From an uncultured Acidobacteriota bacterium (GTDB lineage Bacteria; Acidobacteriota; Thermoanaerobaculia; Multivoradales; UBA5704): DNA of 64,000 nt. Positions 29,422 through 39,791 of the stretch are shown piece by piece. A program made the position numbers and the translations under genes. Location of the stretch: NCBI GenBank assembly GCA_963770895.1, contig CAVYRF010000002.1, positions 2,464,001 through 2,528,000 on the forward strand, in the 5' to 3' direction. Under the pieces are notes generated by a model. The model did not search any database and was not told the origin of the DNA. It saw only the letters and a list, made by a program, of their open reading frames with translations. Within the stretch, counting starts at the first letter, position 1. Every line of letters begins with the position of its first letter.

Positions 29422-30603
29422 TTAACGGGCGGCGGAGCGCAGGGTCTGACGGGCGCGCAGCAGGCGCTGGAGGTTTTGGCGGACCCAGCGGTCGGCGCGG
29501 TCGAAGTGGCGGAACTGGCGCTCGCGGCGGCGAAATTCCGGGGTGTGGAAGTAGCGCCGGCCGTTGCGGGTCACCGGCGGCAGATCGGCGTGCAGCAGCT
29601 CATGGTAGACGATCGATTCGACCACGTAGCGCGGCACTTCCGTGCGGTCGAGCACGCGGTGGATGCGCACCAGGCGGTCTTCGTACGCATAGCTGCCGAG
29701 CTGCAGGCTGGCGGTCCGGGTGCGGCGGCAGTTGTGGGCGGGAGTGCTGGCTTCGCCTGCCGACTTGCCCCAGGTGATGCGCACCTTGAGCCGTCCGTCA
29801 AAGTAGTCGCGGTTGAGCGCTTCGGCCAATTCCCGCAGATCGAGGGTGGCGCCGACCGGTTGCAGCCGGATGCGGCGCGCGGCATCGGCCGTCTGCGGGG
29901 TGCGCCCCGCCCAACGGCGGTAGCGCTGGAAGTGCTCGCGGATGGTCCCCAGGGCCTGGCGGGCGGGCGCGCCGCCCCTGGGCTCGCTGAGAAACACCGC
30001 CACCGCCCGCAGCACCGCTTCGGGCGCGATGGTGAAGCAGCGATGGATGCGCAGATCGATCGGCGCATCCTGAGCCTGGCGGCCCGCCGCTGCGGCGCGG
30101 CTATCGCTGCCAGCGCTGCCAGCGCTGCCAGCGCGGCCAGCGCGCCCAGCGCCGCCAGCGCGCCGGGACGCCGCGATCGGGCGCACCGACAGGATGGTGC
30201 GGCGGTTGTCGGTGAGGACCAGCGTGCGCAGCCGCCCGCCGGTCAATTTGCCGAGGCGCCGGTGGAGGCCGGCGTAGAGCGCCGCCGGCGATGCGGTGGT
30301 CTGGAAGTCGTCGGCTTCCGGGCCGGCGAGCCCCGGCAGGAGCGGCATTGCCGCCGCCGCCGGTGCGAGCCTGGGAAAGCGTGGCGCCTGCCGCGGGAAG
30401 CTGCGCTCCACCTGGGACTGGGCGCCGGACCGCGGTAATTCGCGGGGGGCGCGGGGGGTATGCGGCTGGCGCGCCGGGCCTGCTGCACCCCGCCCGCCGA
30501 ACAGCTCCATCTGCAAAGGTTGCAGGCCCGGGCCTGGCTGGACGTGGTGCAGCGGCCTCAGCAGCTGCCGGGTGGAGTGCGCCGGCGCCGGCTGCGATCT
30601 CAT
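29422..30603 (-). CDS. SprT/YgjP-like zinc metalloprotease
   Basis: LNRDYFDG, LGSY, RIHRVLD, YHELLH (HExxH), FHTPEF; low-complexity N-terminus, start uncertain. Confidence 0.75.
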   Translation of the reverse strand: MRSQPAPAHSTRQLLRPLHHVQPGPGLQPLQMELFGGRGAAGPARQPHTPRAPRELPRSGAQSQVERSFPRQAPRFPRLAPAAAAMPLLPGLAGPEADDFQTTASPAALYAGLHRRLGKLTGGRLRTLVLTDNRRTILSVRPIAASRRAGGAGRAGRAGSAGSAGSDSRAAAAGRQAQDAPIDLRIHRCFTIAPEAVLRAVAVFLSEPRGGAPARQALGTIREHFQRYRRWAGRTPQTADAARRIRLQPVGATLDLRELAEALNRDYFDGRLKVRITWGKSAGEASTPAHNCRRTRTASLQLGSYAYEDRLVRIHRVLDRTEVPRYVVESIVYHELLHADLPPVTRNGRRYFHTPEFRRRERQFRHFDRADRWVRQNLQRLLRARQTLRSAAR

Positions 30604-30754
30604 GCTCTTTCCACCCACATCCACCTCCATCCATCGAGGCGCCGTGCGACTGTCCCGCGACTCTGCGGACGGTTTGCTCTCGCGGGCGGAACACACTCTA
30701 GCACAGGCGTGGCGGGCTTTTGCTGCCACCTATGCCAAGGGTGTCAGGGCTTTG

Positions 30755-31768
30755 TTACGGCAGCAGCCACCGCTCGCCGACGGCCAGGGTATGTACCTGG
30801 CCGGGGTTCCCATGCGCCGCCGCCACGGCGTCGGCCAGGGCCTGCGGCGGCAGGTCCAACGGCTCGTCCGTGAGGTCGAACGTCCCCCAATGCATGGGGA
30901 TCATCGCCGCCGCGCCGAGCTCGCGGCAGGCCTGGTATGCCTCGGCGGGGTTCATGTGGGCGTACCGCATGAACCAGCGCGGTTCGTAGGCCCCGATCGG
31001 CAGCAGCGCGACGTCGATCGGCGCAAACCGCCGGCCGATCTCCGCGAAGCCGCCAAAGTACCCGCTGTCGCCGGCAAAGTAGTAGCGGCGGCGACCCGAG
31101 TCGACCAGCCACGAACACCACAGGCTGGAGTTGCGCCTGACCCCGAAGCGGTTCGACCAGTGCTGGGCCGGCAGGCACGTCAAGGTCCACCGCCCCAGGC
31201 GGGCCGACTGCCACCAGTCGAGCTCCCGCACCACCCCCGACCCAGCCACCCCCGCCGCCGTCGCCGCGCCCTCCGGCCGGCCGCCGCCGCTGCGCCGCCG
31301 CCGCCGCAGCCAGTCGCCGAGACCGAGCGGCGCGAACCAGCTGACACCGGCCGGCAGGCGGGCGACGGTCCAGGCGTCCAGGTGGTCGTAGTGGTTGTGC
31401 GAGACGATCGCCAGGGCGGTGTCCGGGACCGCCGACAGCGGGATGCCCGGCGGCGCGTGGCGGCGCGGCAGCAGCGCCCGCGCCCCCCAATGCGGGTCGG
31501 TCAGCAGGACCTCGCCCGCGTCCTGGATCGCGAAGGAGGAGTGGCCCACCCAGGTGACCGAGTCGGCCGCGCCGGGGTCGCCCAGGTAGGCCCCGTCGTT
31601 GGCGACGCGGGGCACGCGCGGCGGCACGGTCTTGTCATAGGGATTGCGCGCCAGCTTCCAGCGCAGAGCGTCGCGCAGTCCCCGCTGGGTCTCTTCCCAG
31701 GGGTTGAAAAAGCCGCCCGCGGCGCGGTGCGCGGCGTATAGGGGGTTGCTGTCGTCGGGCTCGCTCAT
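30755..31768 (-). CDS. MBL-fold hydrolase (NAPE-PLD/RomA-like)
   Basis: TWVGHSS, SHNHYDHLD, PAQHWSNR, YFAGDSGY, PIGAYEPRWFM, MHWGTF. Confidence 0.92.
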   Translation of the reverse strand: MSEPDDSNPLYAAHRAAGGFFNPWEETQRGLRDALRWKLARNPYDKTVPPRVPRVANDGAYLGDPGAADSVTWVGHSSFAIQDAGEVLLTDPHWGARALLPRRHAPPGIPLSAVPDTALAIVSHNHYDHLDAWTVARLPAGVSWFAPLGLGDWLRRRRRSGGGRPEGAATAAGVAGSGVVRELDWWQSARLGRWTLTCLPAQHWSNRFGVRRNSSLWCSWLVDSGRRRYYFAGDSGYFGGFAEIGRRFAPIDVALLPIGAYEPRWFMRYAHMNPAEAYQACRELGAAAMIPMHWGTFDLTDEPLDLPPQALADAVAAAHGNPGQVHTLAVGERWLLP

Positions 31769-31837
31769 CTGTGTGGCCACTGCTCTATCATGAGTCGCCG
31801 GGCAGGCAAAGTCTGCGCCTCCCATGGAGACCTGGAG

Positions 31838-33307
31838 ATGGTCGATTCGTTGCGGCTACCCGAGGAGGAGCGCCAGGCGCTGTGGCAGCACCTGGCCGAT
31901 GCGGTCGAAACGTACGCGCGCGACGTGCACACCGCGCCGGTGGCGCCCGCCCCCGCCGACGTCGATCCCGGCAGGCTGCGCGACCTGCTGTCCTCCTGGG
32001 ACTTCGCCGCCCCGGTGCCGCCGTCGGCGGCCCTCGACTTTGCCGTGCAGGGCTTGTGGCGCTACCAGGTGCACACCCCCCATCCGCGCTATTTCGGGCT
32101 GTTCAACCCCGCCCCCACGACGCTGGGGATCGCCGCCGATGCCCTGGTTGCCGCCTTCAATCCGCAGCTGGCCGCATGGAGCCACAGCCCCTTTGCCGCC
32201 GAGGTGGAGCAGCACCTGGTGCGCGCCCTGGCCGGGCGCTTCGGCTACGACCTGACGCGCACCGAAGGCAGCTTCACCTCCGGCGGCGCCGAGGCAAACC
32301 ACATGGCGGTGGCGGTCGCCCTGCAACGCGCCTTCCCGGAGGTGAGCCGCCGCGGCTTGCTCGCCCTGCGCAGCCAGCCGCTCATCTACCTGTCGCCGCA
32401 GGCACACCATTCGTTCCTCAAGGCGGCGCGCCTGTGCGGCCTGGGCAGCGACGCGGTGCGCGAAGTGGCGGTGGATGCGGCGCAGCGCATGCGCCCGGCC
32501 GACCTGGCGGCGCGGGTGGCGGCGGATCGCGAGGACGGCTATACGCCCTTCCTGGTGATCGCCACCGCCGGCAGCACCGCCGCCGGGGTGATCGATCCCA
32601 TCGCCGCGGTGGCGGAAGTCGTCGAGAGCGAAGGCCTGATGCTGCACGTGGATGCCGCCTGGGGCGGCGCCGCGGCGTTTCTCCCCGAGCTGCGGCCGGC
32701 CCTCGACGGCATCGAGCGCGCCGGTTCGATCACCTTCGACGCCCACAAGTGGCTGTCGGTGCCGATGGGGGCGGGCCTTTTCCTGACCCGCCACGCCGGT
32801 GCCCTGGAGCGCACGTTCCGGGTGGCGGCCGGCTACATGCCGGCCGGCCAGACCGCCGCCGCCGACCCCTACGCGCATTCCATGCAGTGGTCGCGCCGGT
32901 TCATCGGCCTCAAGCTCTTCCTGTCGCTGGCGGTGGCGGGCTGGAGCGGCTACGAAGCGACCATCCGTCACCAGGTCGCCATGGGCGACCTGCTGCGTCG
33001 CCGATTGCGGGAGGAGGGCTGGGCGGTGATCAACGACACGCCGCTGCCGATCGTCTGCTTCCGGCGCCGCGGCGGCCCGCCGGTCGACCTGGAGGCGGTG
33101 GCGGGCGACGTCGTGGCATCGGGCGCGGCCTGGCTCAGCACGGTGCAGTTCGACGGCGGCCCTGCCCTGCGCGCCTGCATCACCAACTACCGCACCGCGA
33201 GCGACGATCTGGACGCGCTGGTCGCCGCGGTCGGCCGGGCCTGGGAGCGCCGCGCCTCGGGCGCCTCCGCCAAGGCTGGCGCAAGTGTGGCGGAGGTCAT
33301 ACCATAG
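31838..33307 (+). CDS. Group II PLP-dependent amino-acid decarboxylase
   Basis: HPRYFG, FTSGGAEAN, ATAGSTAAGVIDPI, HVDAAWGG, FDAHKW. Confidence 0.92.
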   Translation: MVDSLRLPEEERQALWQHLADAVETYARDVHTAPVAPAPADVDPGRLRDLLSSWDFAAPVPPSAALDFAVQGLWRYQVHTPHPRYFGLFNPAPTTLGIAADALVAAFNPQLAAWSHSPFAAEVEQHLVRALAGRFGYDLTRTEGSFTSGGAEANHMAVAVALQRAFPEVSRRGLLALRSQPLIYLSPQAHHSFLKAARLCGLGSDAVREVAVDAAQRMRPADLAARVAADREDGYTPFLVIATAGSTAAGVIDPIAAVAEVVESEGLMLHVDAAWGGAAAFLPELRPALDGIERAGSITFDAHKWLSVPMGAGLFLTRHAGALERTFRVAAGYMPAGQTAAADPYAHSMQWSRRFIGLKLFLSLAVAGWSGYEATIRHQVAMGDLLRRRLREEGWAVINDTPLPIVCFRRRGGPPVDLEAVAGDVVASGAAWLSTVQFDGGPALRACITNYRTASDDLDALVAAVGRAWERRASGASAKAGASVAEVIP

Positions 33308-33428
33308 GGGGGCTTTGAGAGCTCCCTTGTCCCGCTTGGCGACCGCGCTGCACTAGAGAAGGGAGGGACCGAAGGCCGCGCGCCCTTTCGTCCGGATGCC
33401 GCACCCTGTAGCGCGTGAGGAGACCGTC

Positions 33429-33674
33429 ATGAGCTGGGAAGACCGCGAAGACAATACGATTTACAAGGTGGTGGTGAACCACGAAGAGCAGTATTCGATC
33501 TGGCCGGCGCACCGCGAAAACCCCTTGGGTTGGAACGACGTAGGCAAGTCGGGCCCCAAGGACGAATGTCTGGCCTACATCAAAGAGGTGTGGACCGACA
33601 TGCGGCCGCTGTCGCTGCGCAAGAAGATGGAAGAGATGGAAAAGCAGCGGCAGTCCGGTCAAGAGGCCAACTAG
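33429..33674 (+). CDS. MbtH-family NRPS accessory protein
   Basis: [34 protein letters not shown]. Confidence 0.97.
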   Translation: MSWEDREDNTIYKVVVNHEEQYSIWPAHRENPLGWNDVGKSGPKDECLAYIKEVWTDMRPLSLRKKMEEMEKQRQSGQEAN

Positions 33675-33746
33675 CAACCGCGCGCACGCTGCGGCTGTGG
33701 GCGTTCGCAGCGCCCCCGGCTCCAGTTTGCCGCCCCTGAGCCCGTC

Positions 33747-34547
33747 GTGAAACCCAGCACTGCCCCTGTCGATCGGTGGCTTGCCTACCGCGAGGTCAAT
33801 CCGCGCGCCAGGCTCCGCCTTTTCTGCTTCCCCTATGCGGGCGGCGGCGCCTCCGCCTACCGGGGGTGGGCCGCGGCGCTGCCCGCCGACGTCGAAGTCT
33901 GTCCGGTGCAGCTGCCGGGCCGCGAAAGCCGCCTGCGCGAGCCCGCCTTCGACTGGCCCGTACCGCTGATCCAGGCGCTGGCCGACATGTTGCGCCCGTA
34001 TTCCGACCTGCCGTACGCGTTCTTCGGCCACAGCATGGGTGCGATGCTCTCCTTCGAGCTGGCGCGCGAGCTGCGGCGGCGCGGCGCTCCGGCGCCGTTG
34101 CACCTGTTCGTTTCGGGGCGCCGCGCGCCCGACGTGGCGCCGCGCGAAGAGAACATCCACGACCTGCCCGAACCCGAGTTCATCGCCAAGCTGCGCGAGC
34201 TCAACGGCACGCCCGAAGAGGTGTTGCAGCACGCGGAGCTGATGCGGTTGCTGGTGCCGGTGCTGCGCGCCGACTTCGCGGTCAACGAAAGGTATGAGTT
34301 CACGCCGGAAGCGCCGCTCGATGTCGGCATCTCGGCCTTCGGCGGCCTGGGCGACGAAGAGGTCACCCGCGACGACGTGGCGCGTTGGAGCCGGCACCTG
34401 CAGGGGCAGTTCCGGCTGCGCATGCTGCCGGGCGATCACTTCTTCCTGCACAGCGCGCGCGACCTGGTGACCGAATGCGTGGCCCGCGACCTGGCCGAGC
34501 TGCGCCTGCCCGCGGACCCGCGGCCGGCCGGCGCCATCACCCCCTGA
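33747..34547 (+). CDS. Type II thioesterase
   Basis: LFCFPYAGG, QLPGRESR, FFGHSMG, LRADF, PGDHFF. Confidence 0.95.
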   Translation: MKPSTAPVDRWLAYREVNPRARLRLFCFPYAGGGASAYRGWAAALPADVEVCPVQLPGRESRLREPAFDWPVPLIQALADMLRPYSDLPYAFFGHSMGAMLSFELARELRRRGAPAPLHLFVSGRRAPDVAPREENIHDLPEPEFIAKLRELNGTPEEVLQHAELMRLLVPVLRADFAVNERYEFTPEAPLDVGISAFGGLGDEEVTRDDVARWSRHLQGQFRLRMLPGDHFFLHSARDLVTECVARDLAELRLPADPRPAGAITP

Positions 34548-34560
34548 TCCTGATTTTCTG

Positions 34561-35388
34561 ATGCCGGACAGCAGCTTTGCGGCCCGCTCTCCCCACGGCC
34601 TGAGCCTGCCGCCGGGGCAAATCCACCTGTGGGCGGTGGCGCTCGATCCCGCGCCCGCCGAAGTGGACCGTCTGGGTGCCTGCCTGTCGGCGGACGAATG
34701 GGAGCGCGCGCGGCGCTTCCGCTTCGACCAGCATCGCCGCCAATACGTCGTCGGCAGGGGAGCCCTGCGCGCGCTGCTGGCCGCCTACGCCGGCGGCACC
34801 ACCGCCGCGGCGGTGCGCTTTGCCTACGGGCCGCGCGGCAAACCGTTTCTGGCCGACCCGGCGGCCGCGGCGGCGCCCGCCGCTGCGCCGGTCCCCGCCG
34901 CCCCCGCCCCCGCCGGCGCCGCCACCGACAGCGGCCTGTTCTTCAATCTTTCCAATTCGCACGAGCTGGCCCTGGTCGGCTTCGTGCGCGGGGTGGAGAT
35001 CGGCGTCGACGTCGAGCACGAAAAGCCGATGCCCGACCTGCTGCAGATCTCCGAGCGGTTCTTTTCGGCGAGCGAGCGCGAAACGCTGGCGCGGCTGCCC
35101 GCGGAGCAGCGCCAGCGGGGCTTTTTCAACTGCTGGACCCGCAAGGAGGCCTACCTGAAGGCCGTCGGCGAGGGGCTGGCGGCGCCGCTCGATTCCTTTG
35201 ACGTCACCCTGGCGCCGGGGGAGGCGCCGCGCATGCTGACCCTGCGCGGCGATGCCGGCCAGGCGGCGCGCTGGCGCTTTCACACCTTCGATCCGGCCGC
35301 CGGTTACGTCGGGGCGCTCACCGTCGAGGGGCGGGACCTGCCGGTGCGCACCTACCGCTTCAGCTTTGCGGCGTCGGATCCTGCTTGA
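34561..35388 (+). CDS. Sfp-type 4'-phosphopantetheinyl transferase
   Basis: GKPFL, FNLSNS, IGVDVE, WTRKEAYLKAVGEGL. Confidence 0.95.
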   Translation: MPDSSFAARSPHGLSLPPGQIHLWAVALDPAPAEVDRLGACLSADEWERARRFRFDQHRRQYVVGRGALRALLAAYAGGTTAAAVRFAYGPRGKPFLADPAAAAAPAAAPVPAAPAPAGAATDSGLFFNLSNSHELALVGFVRGVEIGVDVEHEKPMPDLLQISERFFSASERETLARLPAEQRQRGFFNCWTRKEAYLKAVGEGLAAPLDSFDVTLAPGEAPRMLTLRGDAGQAARWRFHTFDPAAGYVGALTVEGRDLPVRTYRFSFAASDPA

Positions 35389-37183
35389 CCTGCTGCGTCC
35401 CCAGCCAGGCGTCCAGGTGGCACCGCTGCTCGGGTGTCGCCCGCGGGTCCAGGCTCAACCGGTAGTCGCCGTTGGGGGTGCTGCCGAAGACCACCGGCAG
35501 CCGCACCAGCCGCTCCCGCCGCGCCACCAGCAGCGTCTCGGCCGCGCCGGGCCGGAAGCATTTCAACCGCTCGCGCAGCCCGTCGGCGGGAACCCGGTAG
35601 TCGCCGAAGGCCAGGATCTCGTCGCCCACGTTGAGCCCCGCCTGGTGGGCCGGCGCCCCCCGCTGGATCTGGCTGACCAGCAGCCGCCCGCCCTGCATCT
35701 CGGTGTCGATCCCCAACCAGGCCGGGCTCTCGTCGCCGGCCGCCTCCTTGCCGCCGCCCTGGCCGTTGCCCGCACCGGCGCCGCCGCCGTGCGCGCCACC
35801 GCCCAGGCGCAGGCCGAGCCAGTCGATCGCCTCCTGGTAGTCGAGGTCGGCGGTCGAATCGAGCGCCGCCGCGAACCACGGCCCCAGGTCGACCGCCGCC
35901 ACCTCCGAAGCGGCGGCCTGGATCTCTTCCGGCCGGTAGCCGCGGCTGCCCGAGAATTGCCGGTAGGCCAGCCGCATCACGTCGTCGAGGCTGCGTTTGC
36001 CGCCGGTCAGGCGGCGCACCCGCACGTCCAGCAGGAAGGAGACGACGGCGCCCTTGGTGTAGTAGCTGACGCTCGAATTGGTAAAGTTTTCGTCGCGCCG
36101 GTAGTACTTGATCCAGGCATCGAACGACGCTTCGGAGAGCGGCTGTACGCGCCGGCCGGGGGTGGTTTCCAGCGTCGCGATCTGCTTGCCGAGCGCGCCC
36201 AGGTACTCGGCGCGCGTCGACAGCCCGGCGCGGTGCACCAGCAGGTCGTCGTAATACGAAGTGACGCCTTCGACCTGCCATAGGCTGCGGGTGTAGACCT
36301 CGTGCTCGTAATTGACGTCGTCGAGCTCCGCCGGCCTCAGCTGCTTGACGTTCCAGGCATGGAACAGCTCGTGGCCCACCAGGCTCAGCCATTCGAGCCA
36401 CCCTTCGCGGCTGCGGGTGCGCCAGCGGCTGGTCATCAGCACGCTCGACTGGCCATGCTCCAGGCCGGACGTGCCACCCTCGGCGATCAGGTTGAAGAAG
36501 ACGTACTGCGAATACGGCACGCACCCCCAGAAATCGACCTGCCGCCGCACCACCAGCTCCGCCTCCGCCGCCGACCGCGCGCCGTCCCACCCGGTGCCGT
36601 CGTCGCCCTCGTTGACCAGCAGGTGGGGGCGCCCCGCCACCTCGAAACGATGCACGGGAGCGTTGCCGGCATAGATCGGCGAGTCCACCAGCTGGGCAAA
36701 ATCGGCGGCGCGCCAGGCCAGCTTCCCCGGCTCGATCTCGGGCAGGGTGGTGACCACCACCTGCCAGTGGTCGGGCGGCTCCATGCGCACCTCGTGCGGG
36801 CGGTGATAGTCGCCGGCCAGCGTCACGAAGGTGGCGGCGCCGTTGATCAGCGCAAAGTCGGTGTCGACGAAGTTGGTGCGGACGGTCAGCTCGCGGGCGT
36901 ACAGCCGATAGGTGACCACGACCCGCCGGCACCCCTCGCCGGCACGCACCCGCCAGCGGTTCTTGGCCACCTTCTCGATCGGCAGCGGCGCGCCGTCCTC
37001 GGCGCTGGCGGCAATCTGCTCGACGTGGCGCGCGAACTCGCGCACCAGGTAGGAGCCGGGCGTCCAGACGGCCATCATCAGCTCGACCGCCGGCTGGCCG
37101 CCCGTCGGCACACGCGCCTCGACTTCGACCTCATGCCACTGAGGCCGCGGCACCCGCAGCGTGTACAGGATGGGTTCGGTCAT
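35360..37183 (-). CDS. M61 glycyl aminopeptidase with PDZ domain
   Basis: WTPGSYLVR, GLEH, HELFHAWNVK, EGVTSYY, SYYTKG, AGLNVGDEILA. Confidence 0.94.
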   Translation of the reverse strand: MTEPILYTLRVPRPQWHEVEVEARVPTGGQPAVELMMAVWTPGSYLVREFARHVEQIAASAEDGAPLPIEKVAKNRWRVRAGEGCRRVVVTYRLYARELTVRTNFVDTDFALINGAATFVTLAGDYHRPHEVRMEPPDHWQVVVTTLPEIEPGKLAWRAADFAQLVDSPIYAGNAPVHRFEVAGRPHLLVNEGDDGTGWDGARSAAEAELVVRRQVDFWGCVPYSQYVFFNLIAEGGTSGLEHGQSSVLMTSRWRTRSREGWLEWLSLVGHELFHAWNVKQLRPAELDDVNYEHEVYTRSLWQVEGVTSYYDDLLVHRAGLSTRAEYLGALGKQIATLETTPGRRVQPLSEASFDAWIKYYRRDENFTNSSVSYYTKGAVVSFLLDVRVRRLTGGKRSLDDVMRLAYRQFSGSRGYRPEEIQAAASEVAAVDLGPWFAAALDSTADLDYQEAIDWLGLRLGGGAHGGGAGAGNGQGGGKEAAGDESPAWLGIDTEMQGGRLLVSQIQRGAPAHQAGLNVGDEILAFGDYRVPADGLRERLKCFRPGAAETLLVARRERLVRLPVVFGSTPNGDYRLSLDPRATPEQRCHLDAWLGTQQVKQDPTPQS

Positions 37184-37365
37184 CGGGCGCACCTTACCGG
37201 ATCTGGTGTCGACCCGCCAAGCCGGATCTGGGGACAGGCCACTAGAGTGCTGTGCACCGAGGTGGGGATCGGGGTACGGCGCGACGCAATGATCGCCGGG
37301 GCGGGCCGGGGCGTTGGCGCGCCGGCGCGAGGCCAGGGCGCCCGCCGGGGCCGCCGCGCCGCCGG

Positions 37366-38262
37366 CTATCCCGCGGCGACTTTCTGGCCGTTTTCGTCGT
37401 AGTTGTAGACGCCCCGGCCCACCTTGCGGCCCAGGCGGCCGGCGCGGACGTGCTGCACCAGCAGCTGGTTGGGGCGGTAGGCTTCCCCCAGCGTGCGATG
37501 CAGGAATTCAAGGATGGAGAGCCGCACGTCCAGCCCCACCAGGTCCACCATCTCGAAGGGGCCCATGGGGTGGTTCAGGCCGAGCTTCAGCGCCTTGTCG
37601 ATGTCGCCGGCGCTCGCCACCCCCTCCTGCAGCATGCGGAACGCCTCGTTGCCGATCAGGGCGTTGATCCGGGAGGTGACGAACCCCGGCGCCTCGTTGA
37701 CCAGCACGATCTCCTTGCCCATGCGCTCGCCCACCGCGCGCAGCGCCGCGAGCGTCGCGTCGGACGTCTCCAGGCCGCGCACCAGCTCGATCAGCTTCAT
37801 GACGTGCACCGGATTGAAGAAATGCATCCCCGCAAAGAGGGGGGCTCGCCCGGTGGCGGCCGCCATCTCGGTGATCGAAAGGGCGGAGGTATTGCTGGCC
37901 AGCAGGGCGGACGCCGGAGCGAGGCGGCCGACTTCGGCCAGCAGCTGCGTTTTGAGCGCGATGTTCTCCGGTGCCGATTCGATCACCAGGTCGGCGCCGC
38001 CGACCGCCGCCGCCAGCTCCGGCGCCAGCCGCAGCGCCTCCCGCGCCCGCGCCGCCGCGTCGGCCGCCACCTTCTTGAGCTCGACGCCCTTGGCCAGGTT
38101 GCGGTGGATGGCGGCCTCGGCCTTGTCGAGCGCCGCCGCGTCGACGTCGAACAGATAGGTGGTGTATCCGGCGAGCGCCGCCACGTGGGCGATGCCGCGC
38201 CCCATCGTGCCGGCACCCAGCACGGCGATCGTCTGGATGGAAGAGCTGGTGGTCGTGGTCAT
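37366..38262 (-). CDS. 3-hydroxyacyl-CoA dehydrogenase (Hbd/PaaH-like)
   Basis: GAGTMGRGIA, SNTSALSI, GMHFFNPV, HPMGPF, GRLGRKVGRG. Confidence 0.95.
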   Translation of the reverse strand: MTTTTSSSIQTIAVLGAGTMGRGIAHVAALAGYTTYLFDVDAAALDKAEAAIHRNLAKGVELKKVAADAAARAREALRLAPELAAAVGGADLVIESAPENIALKTQLLAEVGRLAPASALLASNTSALSITEMAAATGRAPLFAGMHFFNPVHVMKLIELVRGLETSDATLAALRAVGERMGKEIVLVNEAPGFVTSRINALIGNEAFRMLQEGVASAGDIDKALKLGLNHPMGPFEMVDLVGLDVRLSILEFLHRTLGEAYRPNQLLVQHVRAGRLGRKVGRGVYNYDENGQKVAAG

Positions 38263-38287
38263 GGATGCTAGATGTCCTCAGATGTCC

Positions 38288-38947
38288 TCAGGATACCGGG
38301 ATGCTGTGCACGCCGGTGCTCTTGGCGGCCAGGTTGCGCAGCTCGTCGGCGATCGCCAGGGTGTTGCGCGTCGCGGCCATCGCCAGCTCCTGCAGCTCGG
38401 GCGTGACGATCAGCTTTTCGAGCACCTTGCGTCCCAGGTGATGGTGGTGCGCTTCTTCGGGTTGAATGATGGTGTCGTACAGGTCGGCCGTCTGGTGGTC
38501 GCCGAGCGAGCGGCAGAAGGCCACGAACTGGCGGTTGCGCACCTGGGCGATGGCCTCGCTGGCGAACGGGCCGCCGGCGATCCGCTCGACCGTGGTGCGC
38601 AGCCCGCGCAGGTACTGGTAGAGCGGGCTGTGCCCGTCGCTCAGCGGGTCGAACGCGCTGAGATCGCAGCCCAGCTGCGTCAGGCGCTCGCTGATCAGCC
38701 CGTAATGCTTCATCTCGTCGCCGCACTGCAGGGCCAGGCACATCTTGGCGTCCACTTCGGGGGTGGTGGGCATCCACAGGGCGGCCAGCTCCGAGGCCTC
38801 CAGCTCGCTCTTGAGGGCCAGCCGCAGGAGGGTGACGACGTCCACCTGCCCCTCCGCTTCCGACTCCAGGGTGTCGGTTTCTCCCAATTGGCCGAAGATG
38901 CGGTCCATCTCCGCCATCATGAGCTCGACGAACTCTACGCTGTTCAC
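38288..38947 (-). CDS. Ferritin-like diiron protein
   Basis: SELEASE, DEMKH, SEAIA, EEAHH (E/ExxH/E/ExxH); AAGGAGG RBS then GTG at 38947. Confidence 0.85.
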   Translation of the reverse strand: MNSVEFVELMMAEMDRIFGQLGETDTLESEAEGQVDVVTLLRLALKSELEASELAALWMPTTPEVDAKMCLALQCGDEMKHYGLISERLTQLGCDLSAFDPLSDGHSPLYQYLRGLRTTVERIAGGPFASEAIAQVRNRQFVAFCRSLGDHQTADLYDTIIQPEEAHHHHLGRKVLEKLIVTPELQELAMAATRNTLAIADELRNLAAKSTGVHSIPVS

Positions 38948-39021
38948 CGCTGTCCTCCTTACGCCGCTCCAGGCTTGCCAGCCAGCCCCCCGCGGCGAGC
39001 GATTGTATCCACGTTGGGCGA

Positions 39022-39645
39022 TCAGCTGTCCAAGCTGCGCAGCACGGCGCGCACCGGCGAGGCGTCCAGCCCCTCCAGCTTGAGCGGCAGCGCGATCAGC
39101 TCGTAGATCCCCTCGGGCACGCCGTCCAGCAGCAGCCCTTCCAGGATGGCGACGCCGCCCTGCGCCAGGGCGTGGTGGGCGAGCAGATCCTTGCTGTCGA
39201 AGGGATCGACCGAGGGCGTGTCCATGCCCACCAGCAGCACCCCCTTGCCGGCAAGCTGCGCCGCCAGCTCGGGCGAAAGAGCGGTGAACCGCTCGGGGAA
39301 GCCGCGGCGGTCGCGCACGCTGTCGCTGCGGAACAGCAGGCGGCGCGGGCTGGTCAGATCGATGCCCTCGACGTGGCGCGGTTCGATCAGCGGCGTCGCC
39401 GGCACCTTGACCAGCCGGCACGGTCCCAGGTAGCTGTCGAGCGGCATGTCGGCGATGCCGGCCCCGCGCGGCTCGGTGTGAAAGGGCGCGTCGGCGTGCG
39501 CGCCCAGGTGCGCCGTGGTGGTGATGGCGGTGACGTTGACGCTGGCGCCGGCCGCGATCGACCAGGTCAGGTTCGCCGCGAAGGCGGTGTCTCCAGGCCA
39601 GACCGGGGTTCCGGTGCGGATCGTGGGCGTAATGTCATAGAGCAT
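39022..39645 (-). CDS. kynB: Kynurenine formamidase / cyclase family
   Basis: VWPGDT, HLGAHADAPFH, GMDTPSVD, ILEGL, YELIALPLKL, DASPVRAVLR. Confidence 0.85.
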   Translation of the reverse strand: MLYDITPTIRTGTPVWPGDTAFAANLTWSIAAGASVNVTAITTTAHLGAHADAPFHTEPRGAGIADMPLDSYLGPCRLVKVPATPLIEPRHVEGIDLTSPRRLLFRSDSVRDRRGFPERFTALSPELAAQLAGKGVLLVGMDTPSVDPFDSKDLLAHHALAQGGVAILEGLLLDGVPEGIYELIALPLKLEGLDASPVRAVLRSLDS

Positions 39646-39791
39646 GGCGCCGCCCCCCTTCGGATGTCCGGATCATACTCCCTGGGTCGCCGCGGACCGC
39701 GGCCGGGCCGGCGGTGGCACTGGTGTAGGATAGGCTCGGCGTGGGCGGGGCTGTCAGGAGATGCATGGGCGAAAACGATAAAAGAGGTGGC

